Assembly (NCBI RefSeq): GCF_964355755.1
Contig: NC_092673.1
Coordinates: 6,758,001-6,822,000 of the forward strand
Direction: 5' to 3'
Length of the DNA: 64,000 bases
Source: Antedon mediterranea
Lineage: Eukaryota > Animalia > Echinodermata
The notes beneath the pieces are model-generated. The model saw only the letters and a program-made list of their open reading frames with translations. It did not search any database and was not told the origin of the DNA. How positions within the stretch are numbered: position 1 is the first letter of the stretch; each line of letters begins with the position of its first letter. Positions 1 to 12,203 of the stretch are shown in pieces. The translations under genes and the position numbers were made by a program.

Positions 1-166
1 TAATGTGTATGTATAAAAATCAATTCATTTGTATTGTACATTTGTTCATTCGTCGTTATTTATTATTGATAAATATGTGTCCGTTTTAAATTTTACGTGC
101 AAGCGATTACAATAAAACATAACATGAAGCGAGTTTGCAATGTTTTGTCTGGTTCTGTAGTAATAT

Positions 167-1350
167 CAAAGAACTTATAACACAAGAATCTCCTGTTCTT
201 CAATTTGCATTCAAAACACAGTATCGGAAGTACAGGGTTAAAAGGTCAAACTGGGCGACGCCATTTCACAGCATGGAGCAGCGCCCCCTCCAAACTAGAA
301 AGTCAAAACTATTAATTCCTATAGAGGGCTCAGTCAATTACTCTATCCCCCCTATCAGAGCCATATATAAAGAGTTACGACATTGAAAATTAGAAGCCAT
401 TTTTGTGTCAAAGAATTCGCACGCTGAGGGCGCGCGCGTCTATTTTATATAGCGTTTTCCTGTAGTTCATGCATTATTTTTAGATTTTTTTGTCTATGAA
501 ATAACGCTTATATTCCGTTTTTATTTTAGTAATTAATTTGATTAATGGTATTAATTTGGTAACATATATATATATATTGTGTCTATAATAACAAAAGAAT
601 AAATGCTAGGGCCTACAGTACATGCAAGTCAGGATACATCAAAGCATGAACCAATACAAATTCACCCCTCTTTTTATACAGTATAATTATGCTCTCCGTG
701 TGTTTTTGATACAAACTTTCAGAGACTCGTTCATTATTTCATTTGTAATAATTTGCCTTTATTATTTTAATAGTGTTCATACCCTATTCAATATATTAAC
801 AAATATATCCACGACACTTTATTATTTTCATTTAGTCATCAAAGCATGCAATATGAATTGAAAATATTACACAATTGTTATTAATAGGACGTAGTTATGG
901 GATGTTTCGTTCCAAAATCAATCAATCGAACTTTATAATGGACTAGCGCACGCGCGCGCAATATTCTTTGCCGCAAGTACTTTTCTGTACGCTGTGCTCA
1001 TCGATATTTTACCGTAAAATGTGCAATTACATTTTTTTTAAATATAAGAAAAAGTTTAAAGTATTTTCTTGCTCCTATACTTTACATGAATTAACGGAGA
1101 CAAGTTTGACACAAATTGATCTGCATATCACGTGACTATAATCCAATGTCCAACTCTTTATTATATATACGGCTCTGCCCTATAGTATTAGCAGTCCCCC
1201 TCTATGATGTTGACTTTCTAATTTGATGCGGGCGCGCTTCTCCATGGCTCACAATGGCGCCACCCATTAGCTCTATTCTATCCCACAATGCCTTTCGAAA
1301 TTGTTATGGTCTTCGGACGAACAGGAGATTCTTGTGTTATAAGTTCTTTG
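167..1350. mobile_element. Degenerate ~1.2-kb foldback / non-autonomous DNA element
   Basis: Perfect 32-bp inverted repeat 167-198 / 1319-1350, with further degenerate inverted matches about 252-390 / 1140-1266. True termini and TSD not resolved. Confidence 0.6.
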
Positions 1351-2716
1351 GTAATATCCACTATGTTCATAAAGCATAAACAAAAACACGAAGTAAAAAG
1401 AAACGCCAACATGTTTTGGGAACAAACTAACCACCACCAAAAAAAAAGAAGAATAAAAAGAAGGAAACAAAAAAATCTTATATAGGCGTAACAAAGATAC
1501 AAGTCTACTTTATTGTCAAAATCTTAAAATGTTGAGATATATTTTGTACCTTAGTAGATCATTAAATAATACAAAGTGATAAATATTTAAATAAATGATT
1601 TTACTCGTTTACTATTAATTTAAAGTTTTGATTAAACAAATTGCATGCCATATAAAGTGTTGAAAATCTGAAACGGTTTGTGGAAATTGTTTTCTGTGTC
1701 AATCTAGCTAGCCCTTCCTGATCTGTTAATAAGAGTGTGATGGGTGGGATGTGTCTTGTATAAATTAGTTAAAATGTCTTAAAGATGTATTGTCTCTTGA
1801 AACACATTAAATGAAGGTCAAAATATTAAATTAGCCATATCAAAGTATAATATATAATATATATAAATATACTTTAAGTCGAAAATTCGAGCTAAAAACA
1901 ACAAGTTTACGTAATTAACAGGTAAATTAGTTTGAATACATTCCGTCTGGAAAATCGTCGCGAGCGAAAGTAAACAAATATTTCAAACCACGAGTATGCA
2001 TTATGCATGATGCTAATTAGGATTGTTTACAACTCGTCACGGTTGAGAAGGTGTTTTCACACAGATTGAAGTTTTATGATTATCCATACAGAGTAGCCAA
2101 AGAAGCGCGTTGCATTATGAGATATGTTTTGATCGAAAACTTTGACTGGAAGTCAAAGTTATTTTTTGAACAAAAAACGTCTGTATTTCAGTTAAATACA
2201 TTTTTTTCGACTAATTTTTGGTTAAAGTTAATAACTATTATGATACTTCAAAATGACCCACTTTTTTCGAAATATTTTTGTAACATTTGTTTGGGAATTA
2301 GTCAAAGGGACAATAAGTATAAACATTTAAATTCGGCACACTTAAATTTATCGGCTCTGATATGCATTTTATAAGCATAAAATAAGCTTTTTTTCCCCAA
2401 ACTTTATTTTCAGAGAGACGATAGGGCAGTACTAATAGGAATAAAGTTGCAAACATTTTTAAAACATTGTCGAAAATGATCATTTTTTTTAGTCACGCGA
2501 ACGATGTAAAACAAGTTACGCCCTCTGTTGGCCGCTTGGCGAATGCACGAAATAAACAAGGTTTTCGTAGTAATAAATTGAATATAAAATTACGTTTTTT
2601 AGTAATTTATTATATATATTATATCAACATTGTCAATATCAATAAAATACGGATTGTTAAACACCTTTAAAAACTTGATAAATACCCAAAAAAAATAACA
2701 GGAATTTGGTCTAAAG

Positions 2717-2837
2717 TGAGACGTTTCGGCCCACAAAGTGGGATGTTTTGGCTCAAAAGTGGGCCGAATCGTCCCACCAAAAGTGGCCCGAATAGTCCCG
2801 GGCCGAATCGTCTCAGGGCCGAATCGTCCTGGAACCT
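2717..2837. mobile_element. Solitary end of a DNA transposon with GGCCGAATCGTC subterminal repeats
   Basis: Four GGCCGAATCGTC-like motifs plus one inverted copy, ending ...CCTGGAACC. No partner end found. Confidence 0.5.
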
Positions 2838-2891
2838 GACAACCAACTCCGGAGTGTCTCCGGAGTTTTGCTTTTGGTGTGAATGGGGTAT

Positions 2892-3320
2892 AATAGAGGA
2901 CGATATCATTATTTAATACATCAAACATAGAGGGCGCTATTATCAATATTCTTAAAATCATGGGTAAAACTAAAAGTAGAAAAACACAACTGATTCAAGA
3001 AGTGATGTAGAAAAAAATTAGAAATTAAAAACGGCAAATGCATATTAACAATAAACACCAAACAAAAATTGAAAATTAATACTCAAGAGTAAAAGCAAAT
3101 GGTTGTCTTGTGATAACCGCAAAATATATAATAGCGCCCTCAAAATGGTATGCATGGAAATAAACGAATATTTCATGAGAATGGTCACGAGCACTCACAT
3201 GACGGACCTCCCTTTAGATAAATGAAATATCGTGAGATTTTACGAAATCATGTCCAAACTAATAGAGGACGATATTGTTAATTTTTTTTGTCAATACATC
3301 AAACATAGAGGGCGCTATTA
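2892..3320 (+). repeat. Dispersed direct repeat (about 2892-2943 and 3261-3320)
   Basis: AATAGAGGACGATAT...AATACATCAAACATAGAGGGCGCTATTA occurs twice, with a partial inverted copy ATAGCGCCCTC near 3131. Confidence 0.6.
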
Positions 3321-3555
3321 AACATTTAAATTAGGTTTGTCAGAAAAAATACGATGCCAACTTATTTTTTCAATTAATAAACAATACATGAATTTATTTA
3401 TTATAAATATCTTTATATCTTAATATCGGGACATTTTTTTTGTTTATCCAAAATATCCGGACGAAATTGGAAATATATATTACGTTCTATATAAAGAACA
3501 TTTATTGAGCGCCAAACGATAATGTTTACAATAACATATTAATTTTCATATTTTC

Positions 3556-3649
3556 TTTTTAGCTCTATAGCTCACTATGTCGGTCGGTTGGTCGGTAAAC
3601 CCAACTCAAATTTTCACACGCGACTGCAGTCATGTTTATGGCCTTGTTT
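3556..3649 (+). mobile_element. Helentron-associated short element (HINE/DINE-1-like), 5' hairpin deleted
   Basis: Shares CTCTAYAGCTCACTATGTCGGTCGGTTGGTCGGT...CACGCGACTGCAG.CATG..TATGGCCTTGTTT with the copy at 36892-37000. Confidence 0.65.
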
Positions 3650-5970
3650 ATATAAACTTGCAATTTGTTCTTATTTTGCACTAATTGATATGTTTCAGTC
3701 ATTGAGGAGTTTTGAAATAAATAAAAATGAATAACTTCGACGATAACGACAATTGATATCATAAACTACTCTCTTAAAACCTACTGCTTTTAAGCCTGAT
3801 TGTTCGAACTAAAGTCCCAACACGAATTACTTAAGTTCGACGATGTGTAAGCGAGGTAGTTGACCTTAGAACATCACATTGATTAATGCCTAATTGTCAT
3901 TGCGAGTAAAAAAAAAATGCAGCCTGTATTGCTTTAATCCTATTTAATCCCTTGCGACTTCTACTTTCTTTGTGTTTTGTTTATTAATCTTCGTACACGC
4001 TGTGGTGTTACTTGATTTTTCCAATACACTAGATAGTGGCAAATAGCACTACTCTGATAGATGAATAATGTATCGTGTCTCGGGCCATACATTGCTTTCT
4101 TTTCTCTTGAGTAATGGAATTTTGTGTGAAATCTGAATTTTAATCCGAATGAACACAAATCAACGACGTGAACACACTTGCTGACAAATTTATTTAAGAT
4201 GATAAACGAAGAAAATGTAATGCCGGGTATTAATCAATAAAGGATGGATAACTGAATGTGAAGAAATAGATAGATGAGTTGATTAATATGAAGAGAATCA
4301 ATAAATAAATAGATGAATATGTGAATTGATTAATGAATGCAATACATAGTAGGTGAAAGAATAGCTGAATAAATGCTGTACACAATATTTGATAGGTAAT
4401 ACAGTATTATGAATGTTACACAATGGAGAAATAAGTTTCTCCGTCCTCTATGAGGACTAGGGCTGCATCAAGAGAGGCGACTTACTCTTGCGGTATCCAA
4501 GGAAAAATTTGAATTCTTTCGAGGTTCTTTTAGTTATTCTGCAACACATTTATACAATTTATTACCAGTTGTCATAAAAGATTCTTCCAATATTAATTCT
4601 TTTAGTTTAAAAGAATAGTTTTATTGTAATTATTTTAATGCCATGTATATGTTTTGTTTGTAATACAAATAAATGACTACCGAGATGGAATAGTGATGGA
4701 AACTATGTTGAATTCCAATAAAAAACTATATATATAATATAAACATAAATCAACTATCATTAATATTTTATTTTTTACGATTTAAGAGCACATATTAATG
4801 ATAAAATTGGTTATTTATATATATTATATTGTTCAAAATAGAATAAAATAAATAAAATAAATACATATTGTCATTGTACTTCCTATTTATGTGTCGTCTT
4901 ATATGTGCTTTTGTAGAAGTAAATACTATAGAACTCTTCGATGAACACCCCTATTGAAGGGACTTAAAGTGTGGTGGATTCCCAATTAAGAGGACAATAT
5001 ATTTTTAACAGCAAAGAAGACCAAACAATTTTATTCATATACCGTTATTAATACAAGCAATTGATAAGAAATTATGATACTTTCTCTAGTTTTTCTTTTC
5101 AATTTCTTTAGTCCAGCAATTATTGTTCATTTTGGATATTTATTCTTTCTTTTTTCCCGGAAGTACCTACTGTCCCCTTAACGGGGTTTACTGTATCAGT
5201 AATTTACCTATATTTCGTTCTGACCCGTACTAAATAACCCATTTATGAAATAATCTATCTAATTGAAACGAACTAAACAAAACAGAAAGCTAAATAAAAA
5301 ATTAACGAACACACAAAAATCGATTTTAAAACATCGTCTCACACATCCATAAATCACTGAATATACTAAGATATTTACTTATCCTGCAAAAATCTTATGA
5401 ATGCTAAATGAAATGAAAATAAACCCAAAATGACGTTAGATATTGAACAAAGCAGGCGAAATATTAAACGAGATATCGCTAAGAGCAACAAGTCAAAAAA
5501 TAATAAAATATAATTCAATTTATGAAATTCTTCACTGTCACACACCTTACACAAACGAAAGTCTGTTTATTCTGTTTAAGCTCACCATCTATAATGTTAA
5601 TAGGTTATTTACATTGTCAAAAACCTGTGTGATTGATAACATTAATTGCACCGTTTGTCATCCTTTATATTAATTTCTTTTAATTTTGTCGATTATACAG
5701 TTAGAAATGATTTTTTTTCATACAAAAGTTTCACCTGTTTACGAAAACACGAGGAAATTGAAAGACGAAAGAGGGTTAATAATTCATTAGAATTTTTAAA
5801 TAGAAATTCGAATTATTTATCCTGAAACATCGATGTGATTAAAGTTCAATAATATGAATGGGAAACATAAAGAAACCTATAGGTAAAAAAAAATACGCAG
5901 AATAAGAAACAAGAAAAGAAAAACAAGGATATTTACAAACTATTGGAATGGTAAATCTATACTGAAAGAT

Positions 5971-6247
5971 TATTTATTTTATTTTATTTTTATTTTTTTA
6001 TTTTTTTATTTTTTTTATTTCATACTCATCCAACAGCGAGTAACCCGCCAATTACAGGATGGATAAACTATTTAATAATTTCACAAGACAAACATATACA
6101 CAAGATGCTCTACATAAACAAAGACTTATTATTAAGTCTTTGGGAGTGGAGTTGTAAATTGTCATGAGAAAAAAACCCTGACATATGACAGGACTTGAAC
6201 CCAGGACCCTTGGCAGCCAAGCATCATAACCACCAAGCCACAGCTCC
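5971..6247 (-). mobile_element. tRNA-derived SINE
   Basis: Minus-strand head GGAGCTGTGGCTTGGTGG (A box) ... GGTTCAAGTCC (B box), with an A-rich (AAAAT)n tail at about 5971-6020. Confidence 0.65.
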
Positions 6248-7061
6248 ACTCCTATGATTATGACTCTTATGATATGTTTTGTACTAAGAATGTAAAGAAA
6301 GGTGAGTGATTGTCACAAAAGACAAATAAAAAGTATATTTATATGAGAAATAGGCCTACATTAAATTATTTACTCAAAAACTAAAAAATTAAACATTGTT
6401 TTGATTAATGATCAATTGTGTGTTATTACTATTAGATACACATTTCAATTTCTATTTTTTCATCAGAAGAATGAAATCACAATTACAGTTTCATTCTTCC
6501 CTGGTTTAATTGCATTACTATTTTGTGGTATATTAGGCCTACTCCTGCAGGTTTTACTTACTGATAGTATTATAAAAATAAAGATGATTTGATGTTGCTT
6601 AGTAAGAGCTAACAACCTACAGTAGGGCCTAACTATATATAAATGAAATATAAGTTCTTATTATTAAGATATTGACAATGATAATGGCTGACGTATTTAA
6701 GTTTCTACTGATGTTAGATACATTTTTTTTAACGTTGCAAAACCTCTGTATACATCAATCACTTAATTACCCTTATTTTTTGCGTTTTGTGATGGCACTA
6801 GTTACGTTTCGTCATGCACGAGTAATTTCTGAATGACGTATTGCAAATAAGAGTGGCCTATGCAATCGTCGTTCATTACGAGTACCATCGGGTTATAGTC
6901 CGGTATGCATCTGCATCATGATATTGCAACAAGCAAGACATTTTGAAAATAAAGGTGGAATGAATTTAGATGTTTTGTACCTCAGGAGAATATTGACAGA
7001 CATCACAGTTTTATAAATTAATTAATAATCAGGCAACAACAAATAGCTTGATTGTGTTAAG

Positions 7062-7193
7062 TACACTATCAAACTAGTTTGACTAAAAAGTGTGATGTGT
7101 CCAAATATGGTAGTGATATGCTCAAATATGGTAGTGATATGACATCATCATGTCCATATATAGGCACATAAAGTTTGATGTGTATACAGAGCT
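7062..7193. mobile_element. Harbinger/Tourist-like MITE family A copy
   Basis: TACACTATCAAACT...AGTTTGATGTGTATACAGAGCT-TTA with internal CAAATATGGTAGTGATATG repeats. Confidence 0.75.
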
Positions 7194-7525
7194 TTAAGGA
7201 GTATTAAAAGAGACAATCGATTCTGTCGCTGTTTATGAATAAATATCAATAGATCCAAAAACAAAATAGATCAAATTAATATGATATTTGGTTCTTATAA
7301 GTGTCAAATATAATTATATATATTCATATATAGTATGTTGTTTTGTAGAGCACTCTTCATTTCGAAACGGTGCATTTTTGTTGTGAATACTATTATCATT
7401 TTGCAAAGCACGCTCGTTGAGCGTGTGCACTCTTTGTGTTCATAATCAGTGTACCATGTCCCGCATACCTGGCTCAGCCTATATATTGTGCCAGTTCTGC
7501 GGTACATTTCATTTCGAAACCTGAG

Positions 7526-7570
7526 CTGCACTGACAAGATCTAATAAGATCGAAACAGTACTGTCTGCAG
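7526..7570 (+). ncRNA. Type I hammerhead ribozyme, probably inactive copy (core G8A)
   Basis: Same fold, but the core reads CUGACAA (A at 7536) instead of CUGACGA. Confidence 0.7.
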
Positions 7571-7700
7571 ATTGGATATCTCGTTGAGCTTGTGCTCTCT
7601 TTGTGTTCATAATCAGTGTACCATGTCCCGCATACCTGGCTCAGCCTATATATATATATATTGTGCCAGTTCTGCGGTACATTTCATTTCGAAACCTGAG

Positions 7701-7745
7701 CTGCACTGACGAGATCTAATAAGATCGAAACAGTACTGTCTGCAG
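7701..7745 (+). ncRNA. Type I hammerhead ribozyme, intact copy (predicted cleavage after C7740)
   Basis: Stem I CUGCA/UGCAG, core CUGACGA, stem II GAUC/GAUC with loop UAAUAA, GAAA, short palindromic stem III CAGUACUG, GUC cleavage triplet. Confidence 0.88.
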
Positions 7746-7867
7746 ATTGGATATCTCGTTGAGCTTGTGCTCTCTTTGTGTTCATAATCAGTGTACCATG
7801 TCCCGCATACCTGGCTCAGCCTATATATTGTGCCAGTTCTGCGGTACATTTCATTTCGAAACCTGAG

Positions 7868-7912
7868 CTGCACTGACGAGATCTAATAAGATCGAAACAG
7901 TACTGTCCGCAG
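7868..7912 (+). ncRNA. Type I hammerhead ribozyme, core intact, first stem I pair mismatched (predicted cleavage after C7907)
   Basis: CUGACGA, GAAA and GUC are all present. The 3' arm is CGCAG rather than UGCAG, giving an A-C mismatch next to the cleavage site. Confidence 0.75.
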
Positions 7913-7944
7913 ATTAGATTGGATCAAATCAAATCAAATCAAAT

Positions 7945-8224
7945 CAGGCAAAGAACATTAATTCTAAACCGCCCGGTGATATACTGAAATTTAATTAATT
8001 AATTTGAAACGATAAAGATGAGGAAATCTGTGAGAATAAGAAAAAGTCGCCCCAACCGAGACTCGAACTCAGACCACTGGGGCTTTCATGGTATTGTTTG
8101 AACTCGATAAACATATCAGACAAAGAACATTAATTCTAAATCACCCGGTGATATACTGAAATTTTAATTAATTAATTTGAAACGATAAAGATGAGGAAAT
8201 CTGTGAGAATGAGAAAAAGTCGCC
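7945..8224 (-). repeat. ~107-bp direct duplication (about 7945-8051 and 8117-8224) with a tRNA-SINE head remnant
   Basis: Two near-identical copies. The spacer contains GAGTTCGAGTCTCGG (B-box-like) on the minus strand. An (AAATC)n run precedes it at about 7924-7946. Confidence 0.6.
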
Positions 8225-9149
8225 TAATTATATACTTTTCATAAACCAGTTCTGTTTGTCTGACCTATACTAGGAATTCTAAATTCAGCATTTGCACTCG
8301 CTGTTCACATTCAATGTCTTTAATCATATAAAGATTTTAGAGTTCTCTAATACTTTAATAGAGCGTTAACAAATTAAAATGACCATCGATATGGCAGTGA
8401 TACGTGATTCATTGTCACTGATAGAAATGATGAATGAATAGTTTGCGAGTATACAGACGTCATAGTGCCAGTTTTATTCAAATGGCGCCAATTTCCAAAG
8501 GAAATGAAATTTTGACACCTTCTTTCAGATTAACAATTAGAAAAAAACGTAAATTATTTCCTTTTCAGATGTTACACTAATAACATTGTAAAATGTAGTT
8601 TTTCTTATTATCATTAACGTGATGTCTTGTTCAATTTTATTTATGCAAGATCATTAGGCCTAGAAAATTCACAAACAGTTTGTATACGAGAAGAGTACTT
8701 TCTCGTGTTGAAATCACGTTTTATATTAGACACTACGACATTTCATTTTGCTCCAGCGTTACACGCATGTATCACAAGGCAACATTGGATTCAACGTCAT
8801 TTAGGTTGTACCGACAGGTGGCAATACGCTAGCAATTGTCTTAAAGTATCTTTCCAAAATTAAAGATTATAAACTGGCTATTTCTTTGTCATCGTCAACG
8901 ATAGTATTTAAAACTAAGTGTTGTATTCCGCCGAGATGGATGACATGGCAGCACAAAATCATGTCGGTGTAAATAAGCTTTATATGTGATGATTGTGCAG
9001 GTTAGAGGAAAATAATATTATGTAAAATAAAATAACAAATTCAAGATTAACAGTAAAAATATCGAGATGATAAATCAATAGGTTAATCGATTAGACAAAA
9101 ACAATATGGGCCTATTTTGTTGTTTTGACTATTAGGATATACTAGTGAT

Positions 9150-10145
9150 TTGGTACAGTCACTGAAACGGTATTGGAAGGTAGTCTACTGGAATAGTGAT
9201 CTGGTACGGTAGTGGAACATAAATGCTGTACGGTATTTGATTAAAAATGATGTGTTACGGCATAAGAAAGTGTTGTGGTACGGTATTTGAAGAGAGTGAT
9301 GTGGTACGGTATTTGAAGAGAGTGATGTGGTACGGCATTGGAAGAGTGATGTGGTACGGTATTTGAAGAGTGATGCGGTACGGCATTGGAAGAGTGATGT
9401 GGTACGGTATTTGAAAAAGTGATGCGGTACGGTATTGGAAGAGTGATGTGGTACGGTATTTGAAAAAGTGATGTGGTACGGTATTTGAAAAAGTGATGTG
9501 GTACGGTATTGGAAGAGTGATGTGGTACGGTATAGAAAGAGTGATGTGGTACGGTATTGGAAGAGTGATGTGGTACGGTATTTGAAAAAGTGATGTGGTA
9601 CGGTATTTGAAAAAGTGATGTGGTACGGTATTGGAAGAGTGATGTGGTACGGTATAGAAAGAGTGATGTGGTACGGTATTGGAAGAGTGATGCGGTACGG
9701 TATTTGAATAGTGCTGTGATACGGTATTGGAAGAGTGATGCGGTACGGCATTGGAAGAGTGATGTGGTACGGTAATTGAAGAGTGATGTGGTACGGTACG
9801 GTATTGGAAGAGGGATGCGGTACGGTAATTGAAGAGTGATGTTGTACGGTATTGGAAGAGGGATGCGGTACGGTATTTGAATAGTGATGCGGTACGGAAT
9901 TAGAAGAGTGATGCGGTACAGTATTGGATGTTATGTTGTACGGTATTGGTACCGGTACAGTATTTGAATAGTGATGCGGTACGGTATTGGAAGAGTGATG
10001 TGGTGCGGTATTGGGAGAGTGATGTGGTACGGTATTTGAATAGTGCTGTGGTACGGTATTGGAAGAGTGATGTGGTACGGTATTCGAAGAGTGATGTTAG
10101 GCCTACGGTATGGGAAGAATGTGGTGGTATTTGAAAAGTGATGCG
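9150..10145. repeat. Minisatellite, 24-26-bp unit GGAAGAGTGATGTGGTACGGTATT, about 40 copies
   Basis: Directly visible tandem array. It generates ORFs 9185-9751 and 9928-10134. Confidence 0.95.
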
Positions 10146-10975
10146 TTATTCAATTGGTTTTAAAATAAAATAACATAAAAGAACCATTACAGAGACGTGA
10201 TTTAATTTGTTTAATAAAATATTGAGTTTTCTTAGGCAAAGATTTTTGATCTGTTAGAAGAAAAAGCACCCAGGTATAAACATTTCTAACGAACATAAGA
10301 CAGAATGGAATAATATCTACACATTGTAAAACAGATCTGTGTGAACGAGAAGGTAAATTGCAAATATTTCATCAATCCTCTTGATATATGATTAACCAAT
10401 ACACACAACTCCTACTAACGAAATAATGATCTCAATTTTGAATTTAACACCGTCTTATCATTATGTTGTAATAATTCATATGATTTCTATCCGTACAAAT
10501 GGAAAGCTTTCGTTTGAAATACACTAGGGGCACATTAAACTTCTCTCAATTATCGGCTGTAGCATATGAATATCTCTACTGAGATAGTTTTTAATCAGAA
10601 CCAAGGCAAAACTAATCATGAATCTATGAAGCAGAAAATAAAGTCGTATTGAGCAGAGATGAAATTTTTAATAGTTTGTCTCGTTAACACCCATCAGTGT
10701 TATTGGATCGTTATTAGATAACTTGCAAGTAGTTGTCGGAGATAGATACCAGTGCACGAGTAACTTCTAACGTAAATGACGTCTAACTTACGGTATGCTA
10801 CAATTAAGACATAGAGATAGTTTATCCAATTCTCATTGTGTAAACTAAACACACTGTTATAAGCAAATTCTGAAAGTGACAGTCAGTATATAATTCTCAT
10901 ATATGTGTAAATATAATATATGATGTCGTATTTGTGTTTATATTGTGGATTATATAACCTTCCCAAATGTTATTT

Positions 10976-11040
10976 AAGTTAAGCAACGTTGGGCTCAATT
11001 GCGTACTGGATGGCCGACTGAGAATATCGCGTTGGTGCTG
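10976..11040 (+). pseudogene. Degenerate 5S rRNA fragment (pseudogene or 5S-derived SINE head)
   Basis: AAGTTAAGCAACGTTGGGCTCAATTGCGTACTGGATGGCCGACTGAGAATATC resembles the internal control region of animal 5S rRNA (AAGYTAAGCA...GGGCC.GGTTAGTACTTGGATGGG.GACC..CTGGGAATACC). The 5' half is absent. Confidence 0.5.
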
Positions 11041-12203
11041 ATGGACTATCTAATCCACAATATCTAATTAAGTGACGTCATTATCAATAAGACCAATAAT
11101 CATATCGTTTGAATATTTAGATTAGACAACTTAAAGGTTTGTTAACAACGTCTAAACTATAGTATCACTTATGTAAAAGCCATTACTGCAATTCATATAG
11201 CAAAAGTATAAAGTATTCAAGGATTAAAATTTGTGATGTTAATTACTTATCATTATTCAGTTATGGCATACGGCGATTATTAATCGTTATAATTTTTGTT
11301 CATGAATTAACTTGAATTTCAATACCACTTTAAGAGAAATTTAAAACGTATGGTAAAACAAAGTCATTACTATTTTTGAATTAAATGAAAATAGTATGAT
11401 TATAATATGCAATTAGGCCTACAATATTCCTTAATATCGAAAAGGCTAGTCTAGTGTTTAACAGTAGAATAGATCGCCACCGTGCAATAGTATGTTCGCT
11501 ATACTCGATAACTCATGTGTCTATTGCTTGAGTGAATATAATACTGCACATTGAACGGTTCCAAGTTCCCAATCCAATAAATATTTTCCAGAAAATGTGG
11601 GATATTTACGGGGCTTCTGGCATAGTGCACATATATTGATATAGGACCTTATATTTTAGACCCAGTTAGTACGCCCTGCTAGTACCTCATTGACATCGCA
11701 TGCAAAACCAAGGAGCTTACACACACCCGAGGGGCACATAGGCCTACAAAACGCCGGTGTTGCTAGGCGATATGAAAGGGTATACTTTACACTACGTTAT
11801 ACTTCTTTAAAAAGGACACAAAAATAATCGAGGACCACCACCACAATCCTTAAGACAAACACAATCAATTTAAAATAGATAATAAAACAAAAAGAGATAA
11901 TATCCCAGCTTAAAGTGTTTAAACATAAAAAATCCTTATAATTACGTCAATAAATTATTCAAGGGTACAAAATTAATGAATCAAAACTAAATTAAAAAAC
12001 GGTGTATGCAATTCCAAAGGAAATAGAAATAATGTGTTAAAATTAATGATTTTATTAATGAGGCAATCTGTATGAATACGGTAGTAAATCATTCACCGTA
12101 GTCCATCTATTGAATCTTTTAGCTTTGCAGCCACTAATAACTGAATTTATAGCAACTTGATTTATAGCAATTTATAGTAGTACGTACTTATTGGCCATTG
12201 CTT

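Larger units (their letters stand above)
7413..7915 (+). mobile_element. Tandem array of 167-bp monomers each with a hammerhead motif (putative non-LTR retrozyme)
   Basis: Three near-identical units start at 7413, 7580 and 7755; unit 2 is 175 bp because of an expanded (TA)n. Each carries CTGCA-CTGACRA-GATCTAATAAGATC-GAAA-CAGTACTG-TC-YGCAG. Confidence 0.85.

Noticed and set aside
2599-2961. 120-aa ORF with GRFGP-like repeats in overlapping frames
   Set aside because: It is a translation of transposon subterminal repeats.
6174-6247. tRNA gene
   Set aside because: A and B boxes are present but there is no complete cloverleaf; the body and A-rich tail indicate a SINE.
7304-7873. Two similar minus-strand ORFs
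   Set aside because: They are antisense translations of the hammerhead-containing repeat; the plus-strand RNA structure explains the sequence better.
9150-10145. CRISPR-like regular array and 188-aa ORF
   Set aside because: No unique spacers and no cas genes; it is a eukaryotic minisatellite, and the ORF is only its translation.
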